From: Octopus bimaculoides
Lineage: Eukaryota
DNA length: 56,581 nt
Reading direction: 5' to 3'
NCBI RefSeq assembly: GCF_001194135.2
Contig: NC_068987.1
Location: forward strand, 61,350,956-61,407,536
Shown: in pieces, positions 38,896 to 50,230 of the stretch
Numbering within the stretch: position 1 is the stretch's first letter
Layout: the number at the start of each line of letters is the position of its first letter
Translations under genes and position numbers: made by a program
Notes under the pieces: model-generated
Told to the model about the DNA's origin: nothing
The model's database searches: none
Seen by the model: the letters and a program-made list of their open reading frames with translations, nothing else

Positions 38896-39883
38896 AGAAA
38901 AAAAAATTCAGCTTAGTGTGGCTCGTCTCTCTTCAAGTTATACCAAAGTGAGTATTGAACCTGGCACTGGAACTAATAATCCACTTATCAATTTTATAAT
39001 GGTATCAACACAGCGTGGGGTGGTGACTTATGTAATTTAGCCTCAAGGGAGGTCTGATCAATTAAAGTTATGATCAAAAGCATTGCAGCCATAACTATCC
39101 CATCATATTTTCAGGCACAGTGCAGCTATGGCCACATAATCCTACATGTTTTTCCTTTTAAAAAAAAAAAATATGTTAGAGTGTAATTGGAGAAAAATTT
39201 GGCTGTTATTTCTAAACAGTCAATTAACCACAGAGGGGCTCTATCATACTTGTAGGCTTACAATGTATTTTAGAAAACTTACTCTAACTGTCTCAGTATT
39301 TATGTTTATGAAACATTAATATCTAACATAAATATCTTTATAAGCAACGTTTAAACAAAACAAATGGTTATTAAAATTGTGTGTAAACTCTCCTTCAGCT
39401 ACTCCAGCATACAAAAATTAGCACTTTTTAGGAGGAAGCTTCATGATAATGATGATGATGATGATGATATATATACATATTTGGTTTGCTTCATGTAAGA
39501 ATGTTGTCATCTTAATCAAAGCATCTTATCTTGATTGCATATGGGTTAATTTCTTGTTATCTCAATCTATTACTTGTGTCTATTAAGAAATATAAAACCA
39601 CAGATAATGTCTAGTTTATATAAAGGTTCAACCTTTTGAATGAAACCAGACTTACGTGTATGTGTGTGTATGTGTGTGTGAGTATGTGCATATGTTGAGT
39701 GTGTTTAGTGTGTTGTGTGTGGTGTGTGTGTGTGTTTATGGCATTCTCAGCATAAGTGAAATAAAACAATCCCCATGACGTTTTCAAACTTGGTTACAGT
39801 CTCAAAAAAACAGTAGGGAGATGTATTCACATACCACTGAAGGCACTAGGCACCATTCCACAGTAGTAAATTGATGCATATAT

Positions 39884-40109
39884 ATATATTTCTTTATTGC
39901 CCACAAGGGGCTAAACATAGAGGGGACAAACAAGGGATTAAGTCGATTACATCGACTCCAGTGCATAACTGGAACTTATTTAATCAACTCTGAAAGGATG
40001 AAAGGCAAAGTTGACCTCAGTGGAATTTGAACACAGAACGTAACGGCAGACGGAATAGCGCTAAGCATTTCGCCCGGCGTGCTAACGTTTCTGACAGCTC
40101 GCCGCCTTA
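39884..40109 (-). mobile_element. Young family C SINE with an alternative 3' tail and 17-bp TSD
   Basis: CpG-rich copy; taaattgatgcatatat at 39867-39883 and 40110-40126. Confidence 0.92.
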
Positions 40110-40799
40110 TAAATTGATGCATATATGGCAGATTGAGATCATCACTGTAAGCTTATTGTCTATTACATTAAAATACTGCAGCCCTCAGCAGTGAAATATA
40201 AATTCCCTCATGGTAACCATTGAGCAAGGCCCACAATGAGATAAATATCACTGCCAGAGAAATAGAGTAGAGTACCATAATGGAATGTAGTAGCATCAAC
40301 CTTCCAACCAGCAAATCAACTGCTGTTATTACCTGTTATCACCTGTTAGAGGATATTGATAGTCATAATTGCCTACTCACTTTTTTCTCTTCTACATTAC
40401 ACAGTTTACGAGGCTTACACAGTTTATCTGACTAAAATATAAATAGGTAACATTTCAAAATTAGATTGGTGGGCTGAACTTGGTTATTAAGAGAGATTGA
40501 TTAACATTAACACAAAAAGTATCTCAGTTAATTGATGATTCGCAACTCAACACTAATCTTTGGCATTGCAAACAAGATTAAATTGTTTCTCAAGTGTACA
40601 GTCATTCAGAGGATTAATACTGTTTTAAGCTCCCCTGTCTACTCCAAGACAAATAAATTAGCATTTTTACATTTTTTTAGTTTCATTAAGCATCTCAGTT
40701 GTATAAGACTTAGAGCCAAGTGGTTAGATAACATTTTAAAGTTTCAGGATAAAATCTCAATGAGGTCTGGGAGGGGTATCCACTCATAGAAACTAAGTC

Positions 40800-40889
40800 A
40801 AAGCAGGCGTTGGAGCATCATGCAATGCTCTGACCCAGCAGATCTTGTCAAACCATCCAATCCTTGCCAGCATGGATGACAGATGCTTA

Positions 40890-40967
<78 letters not shown>

Positions 40968-40975
40968 ATTGTGAT
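40800..40975 (+). mobile_element. Family A 3' fragment with an expanded (GAT)n/(GGT)n tail
   Basis: aaaccatccaatccttgccagcatgg followed by a long triplet tract. Confidence 0.75.
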
Positions 40976-41689
40976 GGTGAATAATGCTGGATGAGGAGAG
41001 GCCATACTGAAATTCTGAACAACTTATATTTAACTCGTTTGATGATAATTATCATCATGATAATGATAGTAATTAATTTTCAATCAATATATAGTTGTTG
41101 ATATGCATTGATTCTGATCATTTATTAATTTCAAGCTGTAATATTTGTGAACAATAGTGCCCTTGATTACAGGTTTCCTATCAGGCCAATCACTGGTTCA
41201 CTTCCTCTTTTGATGGCTGGAGTGATAAAGGAATGTCATCTGTAATATCATGCATCTCAAGGGACTTAATTCTGAAAGCAACAGTATAGTTGGTTTCCTT
41301 GCTGCCAAATACACCAAATACACCCTTCACTGATGTGCAATACACAACACACACATAAATAAATTATATATACACACACACACACACAAACACAGAAAGA
41401 GAGAGATTAACACTTTAATGGAAAGAGAATCTTAATGATTCGGACATCAGTCCTTCATCATAAGAGAAAAGCATGGGAAGGAGTGTGAGAGAGAATAACA
41501 GTCAGTGAGAGAGGGAAAAAAAGAAACAAAGAATTATGAACCAGGTGCAAATGCTGTTCTACGGAGACAGAGTGGTGATTTAAGGAGGTGGAGGTGCAGT
41601 TATGTATGTGCAAGTATAGGAATGTGTTTGTGTCAGGAAGCAGGCATGTGGGGAAAGTGATGGATATGAATGTTTTTTAGGTGGCAGGG

Positions 41690-41870
41690 GCTGGCAGATG
41701 TGTGTAGACATAAACAAGTTTTCATCAGTAAAAAAAAAAACCTACTCACAAGGTATTGGTCAAACCAAAATCATAGCTAGAAGACAATTGTTCAAAGTGG
41801 GATCAAACCTGAAACCATGTAGTTGCAAAGAAAACTTGTTAACCACACAGCCACAACTGCACCCATATAC
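41690..41870 (-). mobile_element. Diverged family B SINE, 5' part
   Basis: tactcacaaggtattggtc...aaacctgaaaccatgtagttgc...ccacacagccac. Confidence 0.65.
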
Positions 41871-41904
41871 AGCAGTGGGATTTCTATGATATTTCAATAT
41901 TCTA

Positions 41905-43307
41905 TTAGGTTGTCAAGAAAGTTCTTGCGGTCTTTAACCTTTAAATTCAAATGCACATGTCTCGGCTCAAACAAAACTTTATTAATTGAAATATGCACCA
42001 TCAGAATCAACACACTTTTGCCAACACGAAACAAGTTTATTTATGCCAGTAGCATAAAAATCCTGCGTTCTGGTGGTAATGAAGTCGTTGAAGGCGTGTT
42101 TGGCATCGTCTTAGTTTCTGAAGCATTTCTCACGCAGGAAATTGTCAAGATGCTTGAAAAAGTGGTAGTCGGTAGGCGAGAGGTCTGATGAGTATGGCAG
42201 ATGAGGCAAAGTTTCGTAGCCCAATTCGTTCAACTTCTGCAGGGTCAGTTGTGCAATGTGCAGCCGAACGNNNNNNNNNNNNNNNNNNNNNNNNNNNNNN
42301 NNNNNNNNNNNNNNNNNNNNNNNNNNNNNNNNNNNNNNNNNNNNNNNNNNNNNNNNNNNNNNNNNNNNNNNNNNNNNNNNNNNNNNNNNNNNNNNNNNNN
42401 NNNNNNNNNNNNNNNNNNNNNNNNNNNNNNNNNNNNNNNNNNNNNNNNNNNNNNNNNNNNNNNNNNNNNNNNNNNNNNNNNNNNNNNNNNNNNNNNNNNN
42501 NNNNNNNNNNNNNNNNNNNNNNNNNNNNNNNNNNNNNNNNNNNNNNNNNNNNNNNNNNNNNNNNNNNNNNNNNNNNNNNNNNNNNNNNNNNNNNNNNNNN
42601 NNNNNNNNNNNNNNNNNNNNNNNNNNNNNNNNNNNNNNNNNNNNNNNNNNNNNNNNNNNNNNNNNNNNNNNNNNNNNNNNNNNNNNNNNNNNNNNNNNNN
42701 NNNNNNNNNNNNNNNNNNNNNNNNNNNNNNNNNNNNNNNNNNNNNNNNNNNNNNNNNNNNNNNNNNNNNNNNNNNNNNNNNNNNNNNNNNNNNNNNNNNN
42801 NNNNNNNNNNNNNNNNNNNNNNNNNNNNNNNNNNNNNNNNNNNNNNNNNNNNNNNNNNNNNNNNNNNNNNNNNNNNNNNNNNNNNNNNNNNNNNNNNNNN
42901 NNNNNNNNNNNNNNNNNNNNNNNNNNNNNNNNNNNNNNNNNNNNNNNNNNNNNNNNNNNNNNNNNNNNNNNNNNNNNNNNNNNNNNNNNNNNNNNNNNNN
43001 NNNNNNNNNNNNNNNNNNNNNNNNNNNNNNNNNNNNNNNNNNNNNNNNNNNNNNNNNNNNNNNNNNNNNNNNNNNNNNNNNNNNNNNNNNNNNNNNNNNN
43101 NNNNNNNNNNNNNNNNNNNNNNNNNNNNNNNNNNNNNNNNNNNNNNNNNNNNNNNNNNNNNNNNNNNNNNNNNNNNNNNNNNNNNNNNATAGAGTGAAAA
43201 ACGGGCTTTAAAATGATATATAAAAGTAATTTAACAAAAATTAATTTGAAAATACATCATTTAAAACCAAAATTAAAAATTCCGCTAGAACTTTCTCGAC
43301 AACCTAA
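41905..43307 (-). mobile_element. Mariner (DD34D class, Hsmar1/cecropia-like) element, centre lost in a gap
   Basis: TA|ttaggttgtcaagaaagttcttgcgg ... ccgctagaactttctcgacaacctaa|TA. Confidence 0.9.
41982..42270 (-). pseudogene. Mariner transposase C-terminus with an in-frame stop
   Basis: VRLHIAQLTLQKLNELGYETLPHLPYSSDLSPTDYHFFKHLDNFLREKCFRN*DDAKHAF...FYATGINKLVSCWQKCVDSDGAYFN*. Confidence 0.92.
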
Positions 43308-43349
43308 TATTTAAGTCATATGATAGTTTAGTAATAACATAGAATTCTT

Positions 43350-43392
<43 letters not shown>

Positions 43393-43899
43393 GTTTCATA
43401 TATTAAATATTTAAGAATGTTACGTGTTCTCTTGAAGGCCACTGTTAAATGTTAGTTTTGAACCAAGCATGAGTCCTGATGTTTTGAGATACTTCACTGC
43501 CGATATAAGTTTAGGCTAAATATATATATGAGCTTTCCTAAGGTCTCTTGAAGAGTTTGATCAGAAAACTATGTACGGGAATTTCTCTGTAGTCAAATTA
43601 ATAATTGTGAACCAGTTTTTGACAATTTCATTATTTCTGTGTATGAGTGCATGTATTATGATGCTGTCAGTCGATGCTGTTATATTTACATGTGAGTTTG
43701 TTATATCTATATATAAGTTTGTTGCCCTCTGTAGTTATAATCTGATATGGAGTAGCAGGGAGCTATATTGTACTAGTCTAACAATAACTCACATCAAAAA
43801 TATAGCACATGTAACATGTACTTATCTACAAATATTTTTGTAAATATCTAAATTGTGTGTAAGAATGGAGATAGACAGACAGACAGCCAATGACTCTTT

Positions 43900-44250
43900 T
43901 ACTTATTTTAGTCATTGAAAGGTTTTAGTTAATGAAATTTCCTCCAGTAGTTTTTCTTTTAAAAAAGTTTGATACTTACTCTATCAGTCTCTTTTGCTGA
44001 ACTGGTAAGTTACAGAGATATAAACAAGCCAACACCAGTTGTCAAGCAATGCAAGGTGGGGTGGGGACAAACACAAAGACAGGACATAAGCTTTAACACA
44101 ATTTCCATCTCCCAAATCCATTCACAAAGCTCTTACCTGCTAGGGACTACAGTAGAAGACACTTGCCCCAGGTGTAGCAGCACAATGAGATTGAACCCAA
44201 AATTACATGAATGTGACACAAGCTTCTTAACCACTCAGCTATCCCTACAC
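43900..44250 (-). mobile_element. SINE family B, diverged, near full length
   Basis: Motif matches at both ends. Confidence 0.78.
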
Positions 44251-44254
44251 CTAT

Positions 44255-44505
44255 CATCATCATAATTTAACATCTGTTTTCCATGCTGCGATGGGTTAGA
44301 TGGTTTGACAGGATCTGGCCAGCCAGAGAGCAGCCCAAACTCCATTTGTCTGTTTGGCATGGTTTCTACAGCTGGATGCCCTTCCTAACACCAATCACTT
44401 TACAAATTGTGATGGGTGCTTTTTACATGGCACTAGCACAAATGCCTCTATGTGACTCCAGCATGAGTGCTTTTCAGGTGATGCTGTTACAAGTGCTTTT
44501 TACAT
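44255..44505 (-). mobile_element. Family A / RTE 3' end
   Basis: (ATC)n tail and tttctacagctggatgcccttcctaacaccaa. Confidence 0.82.
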
Positions 44506-44792
44506 GGCATATATATATATATTTAGGCATGTATATGTAGGCATAGNNNNNNNNNNNNNNNNNNNNNNNNNNNNNNNNNNNNNNNNNNNNNNNNNNNNNN
44601 NNNNNNNNNNNNNNNNNNNNNNNNNNNNNNNNNNNNNNNNNNNNNNNNNNNNNNNNNNNNNNNNNNNNNNNNNNNNNNNNNNNNNNNNNNNNNNNNNNNT
44701 ATAGGGAGAATTCACAAAAAAACAAAAGACGAAGACGGGTGGTGTAGAAAACAAACACATGTATTAGTATAACGCTCGGGAATTGAAAAAGT

Positions 44793-44828
44793 CTTTAACA
44801 TTTCGAGCCTACGCTCTTCCACAGAAAG
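44793..44828 (-). ncRNA. Minimal type-I hammerhead-like motif with a variant core
   Basis: CUUU-CUGUGGA-A-GAGC-guag-GCUC-GAAA-UGU-U-AAAG: stems I (4 bp) and II (4 bp) pair; core has A6>U. Confidence 0.55.
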
Positions 44829-45739
44829 GAACACAGAAAGAAACAAGGAGAGAAAAAATTGTGCATAATGGTTAGCAATCTATCATGGCGAATGCCGGAC
44901 AGAAGGGTCACACAGGAGAGAGCTAAGAAGAAGGGGAGATAACAAAGTAGTAGTGATCCCAAAACAAAGGTGCGTGTGTGTGTAAGAGAGTATGTATGTG
45001 CATGTGAAAAAGGGCTGGTGATCTTGACGTGTGCATGTGTATGTGTAGGTGTGAAAATGTGGGGATGGGAATTGGTCAGTGCTGATGTGTGCATGGTGGT
45101 GTGTTGTGATGTAATGTGTTGTGTGGTATGGTGTAGTGTGGTGTGGTGTGATGGTGTTGGGAGGGGGAAGTGAGAGTGGGGAAAGCACAGGTGGGGTGTG
45201 GGTAGGTAGAGAGTGGGGTAGAGGTTGGGTATGTGGGTAGGCAGAGAGTGGGGGTAGGTGGGTAGAGGGTGTGGGTAGGAGGGGTATGTAGGTAGGCAGA
45301 GAGAGGGGTAGAGGNNNNNNNNNNNNNNNNNNNNNNNNNNNNNNNNNNNNNNNNNNNNNNNNNNNNNNNNNNNNNNNNNNNNNNNNNNNNNNNNNNNNNN
45401 NNNNNNNNNNNNNNNNNNNNNNNNNNNNNNNNNNNNNNNNNNNNNNNNNNNNNNNNNNNNNNNNNNNNNNNNNNNNNNNNNNNNNNNNNNNNNNNNNNNN
45501 NNNNNNNNNNNNNNNNNNNNNNNNNNNNNNNNNNNNNNNNNNNNNNNNNNNNNNNNNNNNNNNGGGAGGAAGTAGGTAGGAGGGGGAGAGGCAATATATA
45601 TATATTTATATATGCTAGCATGGAAAGCGGACGTTCAACGAAACGATTTGATAGGAAGGACAACAAAAGAAAGAAAGAGACCTTGATATTATGTAAATAG
45701 AGGAATTTATCTGTAAAAATATGTGACACTTATTCAGTA

Positions 45740-45809
45740 GCCATGATAAAACTCCAAGTTTCGGATGCCAGGGTGGGAGCCCACGCCAACATCTCTTCAG
45801 TTATCCGGC
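45740..45809 (-). ncRNA. Type-I hammerhead ribozyme fold with intact core
   Basis: Stem I GCCGGAUAA/UUAUC(A)UGGC; core CUGAAGA (45800-45794); long stem II GAUGUUGG...CCUGGCAUCC; GAAA (45762-45759); stem III ACU-ugg-AGU; GUU cleavage triplet. Confidence 0.72.
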
Positions 45810-45936
45810 CAATTGAAAATTCCTGTGAAAAATGACCGTTAAAAACAAAGGGAAATTACTGTGTAGTGACAAGGTCAAAACGCATCTAAAACTGCGTATG
45901 TTTTTAATGGTCATTTTTCAAAGGAATTTTCAATGA

Positions 45937-46005
45937 CCAGATAACTGAAGAGATGTTGGCATAGGGTCCCACCCTGGCATCCAAAACTCGGAGTTTTATC
46001 ATGGC
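45937..46005 (+). ncRNA. Mirror hammerhead copy with G12>A (predicted inactive)
   Basis: CCAGAUAA-CUGAAGA(45945-51)-stem II-AAAA (45983 is A instead of G)-CUCGGAGU-U-UUAUCAUGG. Confidence 0.65.
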
Positions 46006-46097
46006 TACTGAATAAGTGTCACATATTTTTACAGATAGATATATATATATATATATTTAGGCATGTATATGTAGGCATAGGCATATATATATATATA

Positions 46098-46166
46098 TAG
46101 TCAAATCGTCCAACCCATGCTAGCATGGAAAGCAGACGTTAAACGATGATGATGATGATGATGATG
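46098..46166 (+). mobile_element. Family A 3' tip with (GAT)n
   Basis: gtcaaatcgtccaacccatgctagcatggaaagcagacgttaaacgatg, nearly identical to 128-196. Confidence 0.85.
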
Positions 46167-46481
46167 ATATATATGCATGCCAAATATAATCTAGAAAGCA
46201 TATCAGAGGCTGCATAGGTTGCATGTATATGAGCATATTTGTTTACATGTGAGAAAAAGAAAGCAAATGTTTGAGAGAAATGAGAGGGAAGTATATATAT
46301 AGAAAGTGAATCAAATAAACAAACACTAGTTCACACCAACACATCAGAATCACAATTACTAAAAACATGTTGACTTAACAGTGAAGATAATCTAATCCAT
46401 TACAAGGTTTCATCAGTCAGCACTTATTATTAAATACACAAGCATTTTTTATGAAAAGATATATTTTATGTCTCATTGCAG

Positions 46482-46798
46482 CAGTGGTTCCCAAAGTGGG
46501 TGGTACTGCCCCTCCTAGGAGGGTGGGGGTGCGGTGGGGTGGAAAGATCCGGGTGTGGGTGAGGGGTGTTGACGTAAAGTGGTGCGATAACAGGGCAGCC
46601 AAAAGGGAGCGATGGATGGAGAAACAATAAAATAATGGATTAATTAGGTTAAGTTTTATTCGTGAAAAACAGTTGTTTTGAATTTGCTTCAGAAAGTGGT
46701 TTATGTTTGTGGTGGTGAGCTGCGTAGGGTGGGGGGCACTAGGAATGTGATCTGGGGTGCCAAGGGGGCAGCAGCCTGAAAATGTTTGGGAACCACTG
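46482..46798. mobile_element. hAT (Charlie-like) MITE
   Basis: TIR CAGTGGTTCCCAAA / TTTGGGAACCACTG; 8-bp TSD cattgcag / catttcag (7 of 8 match). Confidence 0.92.
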
Positions 46799-46937
46799 CA
46801 TTTCAGGCTGCTTGTCCCAACTAGAAAGTAAGCCATGTTTCAGTCTCCAACTTTATGGTATATAAAATGCTCTTCAAAGATTTCCTGTGAAAGCTGAAAG
46901 GTGCAGCATTATAAGATCACTAAAGCCTTTTTATATC

Positions 46938-47128
46938 TTTTATCTGTTACTTGTTTTAGTCATTAGACTACAACCATACTGGGGCACCAGCTTGAAGAAT
47001 TCTTAGTAAATGAAATGACCTCAGTACTTTTTCCTTTTTTGAAAGCCTGGTACTCAAACTATTGATCTCTGTCTAAACAGCTAAGTTACAGGGACATAAC
47101 ACACCAACACTGGTAGTCAAGTAGTGGG

Positions 47129-47171
<43 letters not shown>

Positions 47172-47327
47172 ATGAGTTTCTTTCAGTTTCTGTCTACCAA
47201 ATCCACTTACAAGGCTTTGGTTGGCTTGAAGCTACAGTAGAAGACACTTGCCCATAGTGCCATGCAGTGGGACTGAACCCAGAACCATGTTGTTGGGAAG
47301 CAAACTTCTTACCACACAGCCATGCCT
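46938..47327 (-). mobile_element. SINE family B, full length
   Basis: All family motifs, with internal (TA)n. Confidence 0.88.
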
Positions 47328-48126
47328 ACGTCTATGCCATCGTATTCAACCCAAGAAAATCTAACTTGCAATTTTTCTGTAACTAATACACACATGTCAA
47401 ATGAGTCACTCACTCTGCTTACATGATACAGCNNNNNNNNNNNNNNNNNNNNNNNNNNNNNNNNNNNNNNNNNNNNNNNNNNNNNNNNNNNNNNNNNNNN
47501 NNNNNNNNNNNNNNNNNNNNNNNNNNNNNNNNNNNNNNNNNNNNNNNNNNNNNNNNNNNNNNNNNNNNNNNNNNNNNNNNNNNNNNNNNNNNNNNNNNNN
47601 NNNNNNNNNNNNNNNNNNNNNNNNNNNNNNNNNNNNNNNNNNNNNNNNNNNNNNNNNNNNNNNNNNNNNNNNNNNNNNNNNNNNNNNNNNNNNNNNNNNN
47701 NNNNNNNNNNNNNNNNNNNNNNNNNNNNNNNNNNNNNNNNNNNNNNNNNNNNNNNNNNNNNNNNNNNNNNNNNNNNNNNNNNNNNNNNNNNNNNNNNNNN
47801 NNNNNNNNNNNNNNNNNNNNNNNNNNNNNNNNNNNNNNNNNNNNNNNNNNNNNNNNNNNNNNNNNNNNNNNNNNNNNNNNNNNNNNNNNNNNNNNNNNNN
47901 NNNNNNNNNNNNNNNNNNNNNNNNNNNNNNNNNNNNNNNNNNNNNNNNNNNNNNNNNNNNNNNNNNNNNNNNNNNNNNNNNNNNNNNNNNNNNNNNNNNN
48001 NNNNNNNNNNNNNNNNNNNNNNNNNNNNNNNNNNNNNNNNNNNNNNNNNNNNNNNNNNNNNNNNNNNNNNNNNNNNNNNNNNNNNNNNNNNNNNNNNNNN
48101 NNACTTTCCACACAGGCACTCCTACA

Positions 48127-48166
<40 letters not shown>

Positions 48167-48404
48167 CATGTTCGCTTTTTATTTATTTATTTATTTATTT
48201 ATTTTACACACAAAGTATGCCAATTTTCTTTTTTTTATTAGTCTAGTTCATGACAAGCAAAAATAATTCTGAATCTACTGCTCTATGCAGTTACTCTACC
48301 TGCTAGAAATAACAATCAAATATATTTCATGTGGTGATGATGATGATGATATTTCATTATATTAAAAAATAAGCCTTCATTGGCTATAGTAAAGTAAGAT
48401 AGAC

Positions 48405-48528
48405 TATATCATCATTGTTTAACGTCTGTTTCCCATGCTGGCATGGATTGGATAGTTTGAGTGGGGACTGGCAAGCCAGGAGACTGCACCAGGCTCCAAT
48501 CTGATCTGGCAAAGTTTCTACAGCTATA
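48405..48528 (-). mobile_element. Family A 3' fragment
   Basis: tttaacgtctgtttcccatgctggcatgg...aaagtttctacagct. Confidence 0.8.
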
Positions 48529-48792
48529 TCTGGTGGTGTGGGTCATGACCTAGTCACCCGTATTGTAAACTAGGTAGTTCACAGAGGAGATATACCCAGT
48601 GACTGGTGTAGCAGCACCATAGTCAACTGCTACAAAAGTAAAGGTGATGCTTTAGATAGAAATAACTACAGGAGTACCAAACTGCTGGATCAGGTGATGA
48701 AGGTCACAGAGAGGATCATAGCCCAACTAATTAGGAAAAGAGTCTGCTTAGATGAGATGAAGTTGGTTTTGTACCAGGTAGAAGCACCACTG
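48529..48792 (+). pseudogene. RTE reverse-transcriptase N-terminal fragment
   Basis: GVGHDLVTRIVN*VVHRGDIPSDWCSSTIVNCYKSKGDALDRNNYRSTKLLDQVMKVTERIIAQLIRKRVCLDEM resembles the RTE P.DW..S.IV..YKGKGD....NYRGIKLL motif. Confidence 0.88.
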
Positions 48793-48977
48793 GCACAAAA
48801 CCGAACTGCATCTCATCCAAGCAGACTCTCTTCCTAATTAGTTAGGCTATGACCCTCTCTGTGACCTTCATTACCTGATCCAGCAGTTTGATACTCCTGT
48901 AGTTATTTCTATCTAAAGCATCACCTTTACTTTTGTAGCAGTTGACTATGGTGCTGCTACACCAGTCACCGGATATA
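48790..48977 (-). repeat. Inverted duplicate of 48591-48777 (RTE fold-back)
   Basis: About 187-bp arms, 12-nt loop gtagaagcacca; about 10 substitutions plus 1 indel by hand. Confidence 0.95.
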
Positions 48978-49959
48978 ACGCATGTGTGTGTTTGTGTGTG
49001 ACTTTCTATTTCCCTGTCTTCACATGCATTTGTTGATTACCAAAGACAACAGTATAAAGATGTAATTATTTTTTTTTTTATGTTCCTTCTCTAAAAAGTG
49101 AGATAACAAATCAGAAAAATTTCAATATTAACAATTCCTTTCAGATATTTAAATACATTAATGCTACTCATGCAATGTTTAAGATGTATCTACTTATTTT
49201 GAACCTAGTTTTACAGGGACAAGTTAAGCAACATACTTCCACTAGGGGACAGATGGTGGAGAGGGTGCCCTAACAATAGCCTCTCTTCCTGTTTTACAAA
49301 AGTTCAGTATTGTTGATCTGATGACAGAGAGCTTAAGGTCAACTAAAACAAGCCCAGAAAATAAGTTACTTCCAAGTTGTATACGAAAATAGACATTATG
49401 TAATGACAGTGGTTAACATTGGCTTCTATAATGGTGGTGATAGTGGTGGTGGTTTTGATTTGTGGTGATCATGATATTGTATGTTTAGTGTTGAGATTGT
49501 TATGATGGTGATGGTAGTGTCAATGGTTTCATGATTGCACATGTAAAATTCACCAAGGTTCACAAAGACTCACAAAACAAAATAGCCATTAATCAATCTT
49601 TTCTCTCTCACACACACACACATACATATATGTACATATATACACACATAAACACTTTTGCAGTTAGTAATATAAAATTTCATAAATGTCTCCATATCTC
49701 TATATGGCATTTTGACATATGACATATATAAAATCAGTGGTGCTAGTAGGGAGGAGGTGATAAAGTCTATTAATGAAAATATATTTCTCAATATATCATT
49801 CAGAGAAACAAGCTAATGTCATTTCCCTATAATTTAGAAATTACTGTATTATCTTCAACCATAATTGATGACAAACCAAAATCTTCCATGAGAATCATGA
49901 AAAACAAAAAGAGGTCACCACTTTATTCAGTTGAAAGTGTTACAACAGGGTTGGAATCA

Positions 49960-50130
49960 TATCATTATCATTTAACATCTATTTTCCATGCTGGCATGGG
50001 TTGGATGGTTTGATAGGGGCTGGAGAGCCAGAAGACTGCACCAATTTCTATTTCTGCTTTGGCATGGTTTCTATGGCTGGATACCCTTCCTGATGCCAAC
50101 TACTTTACAGAGTGTACCAGGTGCTCTTTA
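49960..50130 (-). mobile_element. Family A / RTE 3' end
   Basis: ttttccatgctggcatgggttggatgg...ggctggatacccttcctgatgccaac. Confidence 0.8.
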
Positions 50131-50230
50131 CATTGTACTAGTAACTGCAAGAATAGAGTAAGATAGAAAGACAGAAACAAGTGTCATGTAGTATGTAGCA
50201 GAGAAAAACCATAAGAAAACCCTTGTAGGA

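Larger units (their letters stand above)
44700..46036 (-). mobile_element. Penelope-like composite block (pLTR-like segment, G/T-rich repeats, inverted-repeat module)
   Basis: Three hammerhead-like motifs and an inverted arrangement; PLE pLTRs are known to carry type-I hammerheads and to occur inverted. No RT or GIY-YIG coding sequence is visible. Confidence 0.5.
45709..46036. repeat. Palindrome with ~139-bp arms (45709-45847 / 45899-46036) and a ~51-nt spacer
   Basis: Hand alignment: outer 47 bp identical; about 9 substitutions plus 1 indel overall. Confidence 0.95.

Noticed and set aside
41160-41215. CCAAT box next to an ETS-like cacttcct motif
   Set aside because: Short motifs expected by chance; no CpG island or TSS evidence.
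45060-45314. G-rich ggtaggtagagagtgggg repeats (G-quadruplex potential; also within 46500-46560)
   Set aside because: Low-complexity parts of mobile elements, with no independent sign of function.
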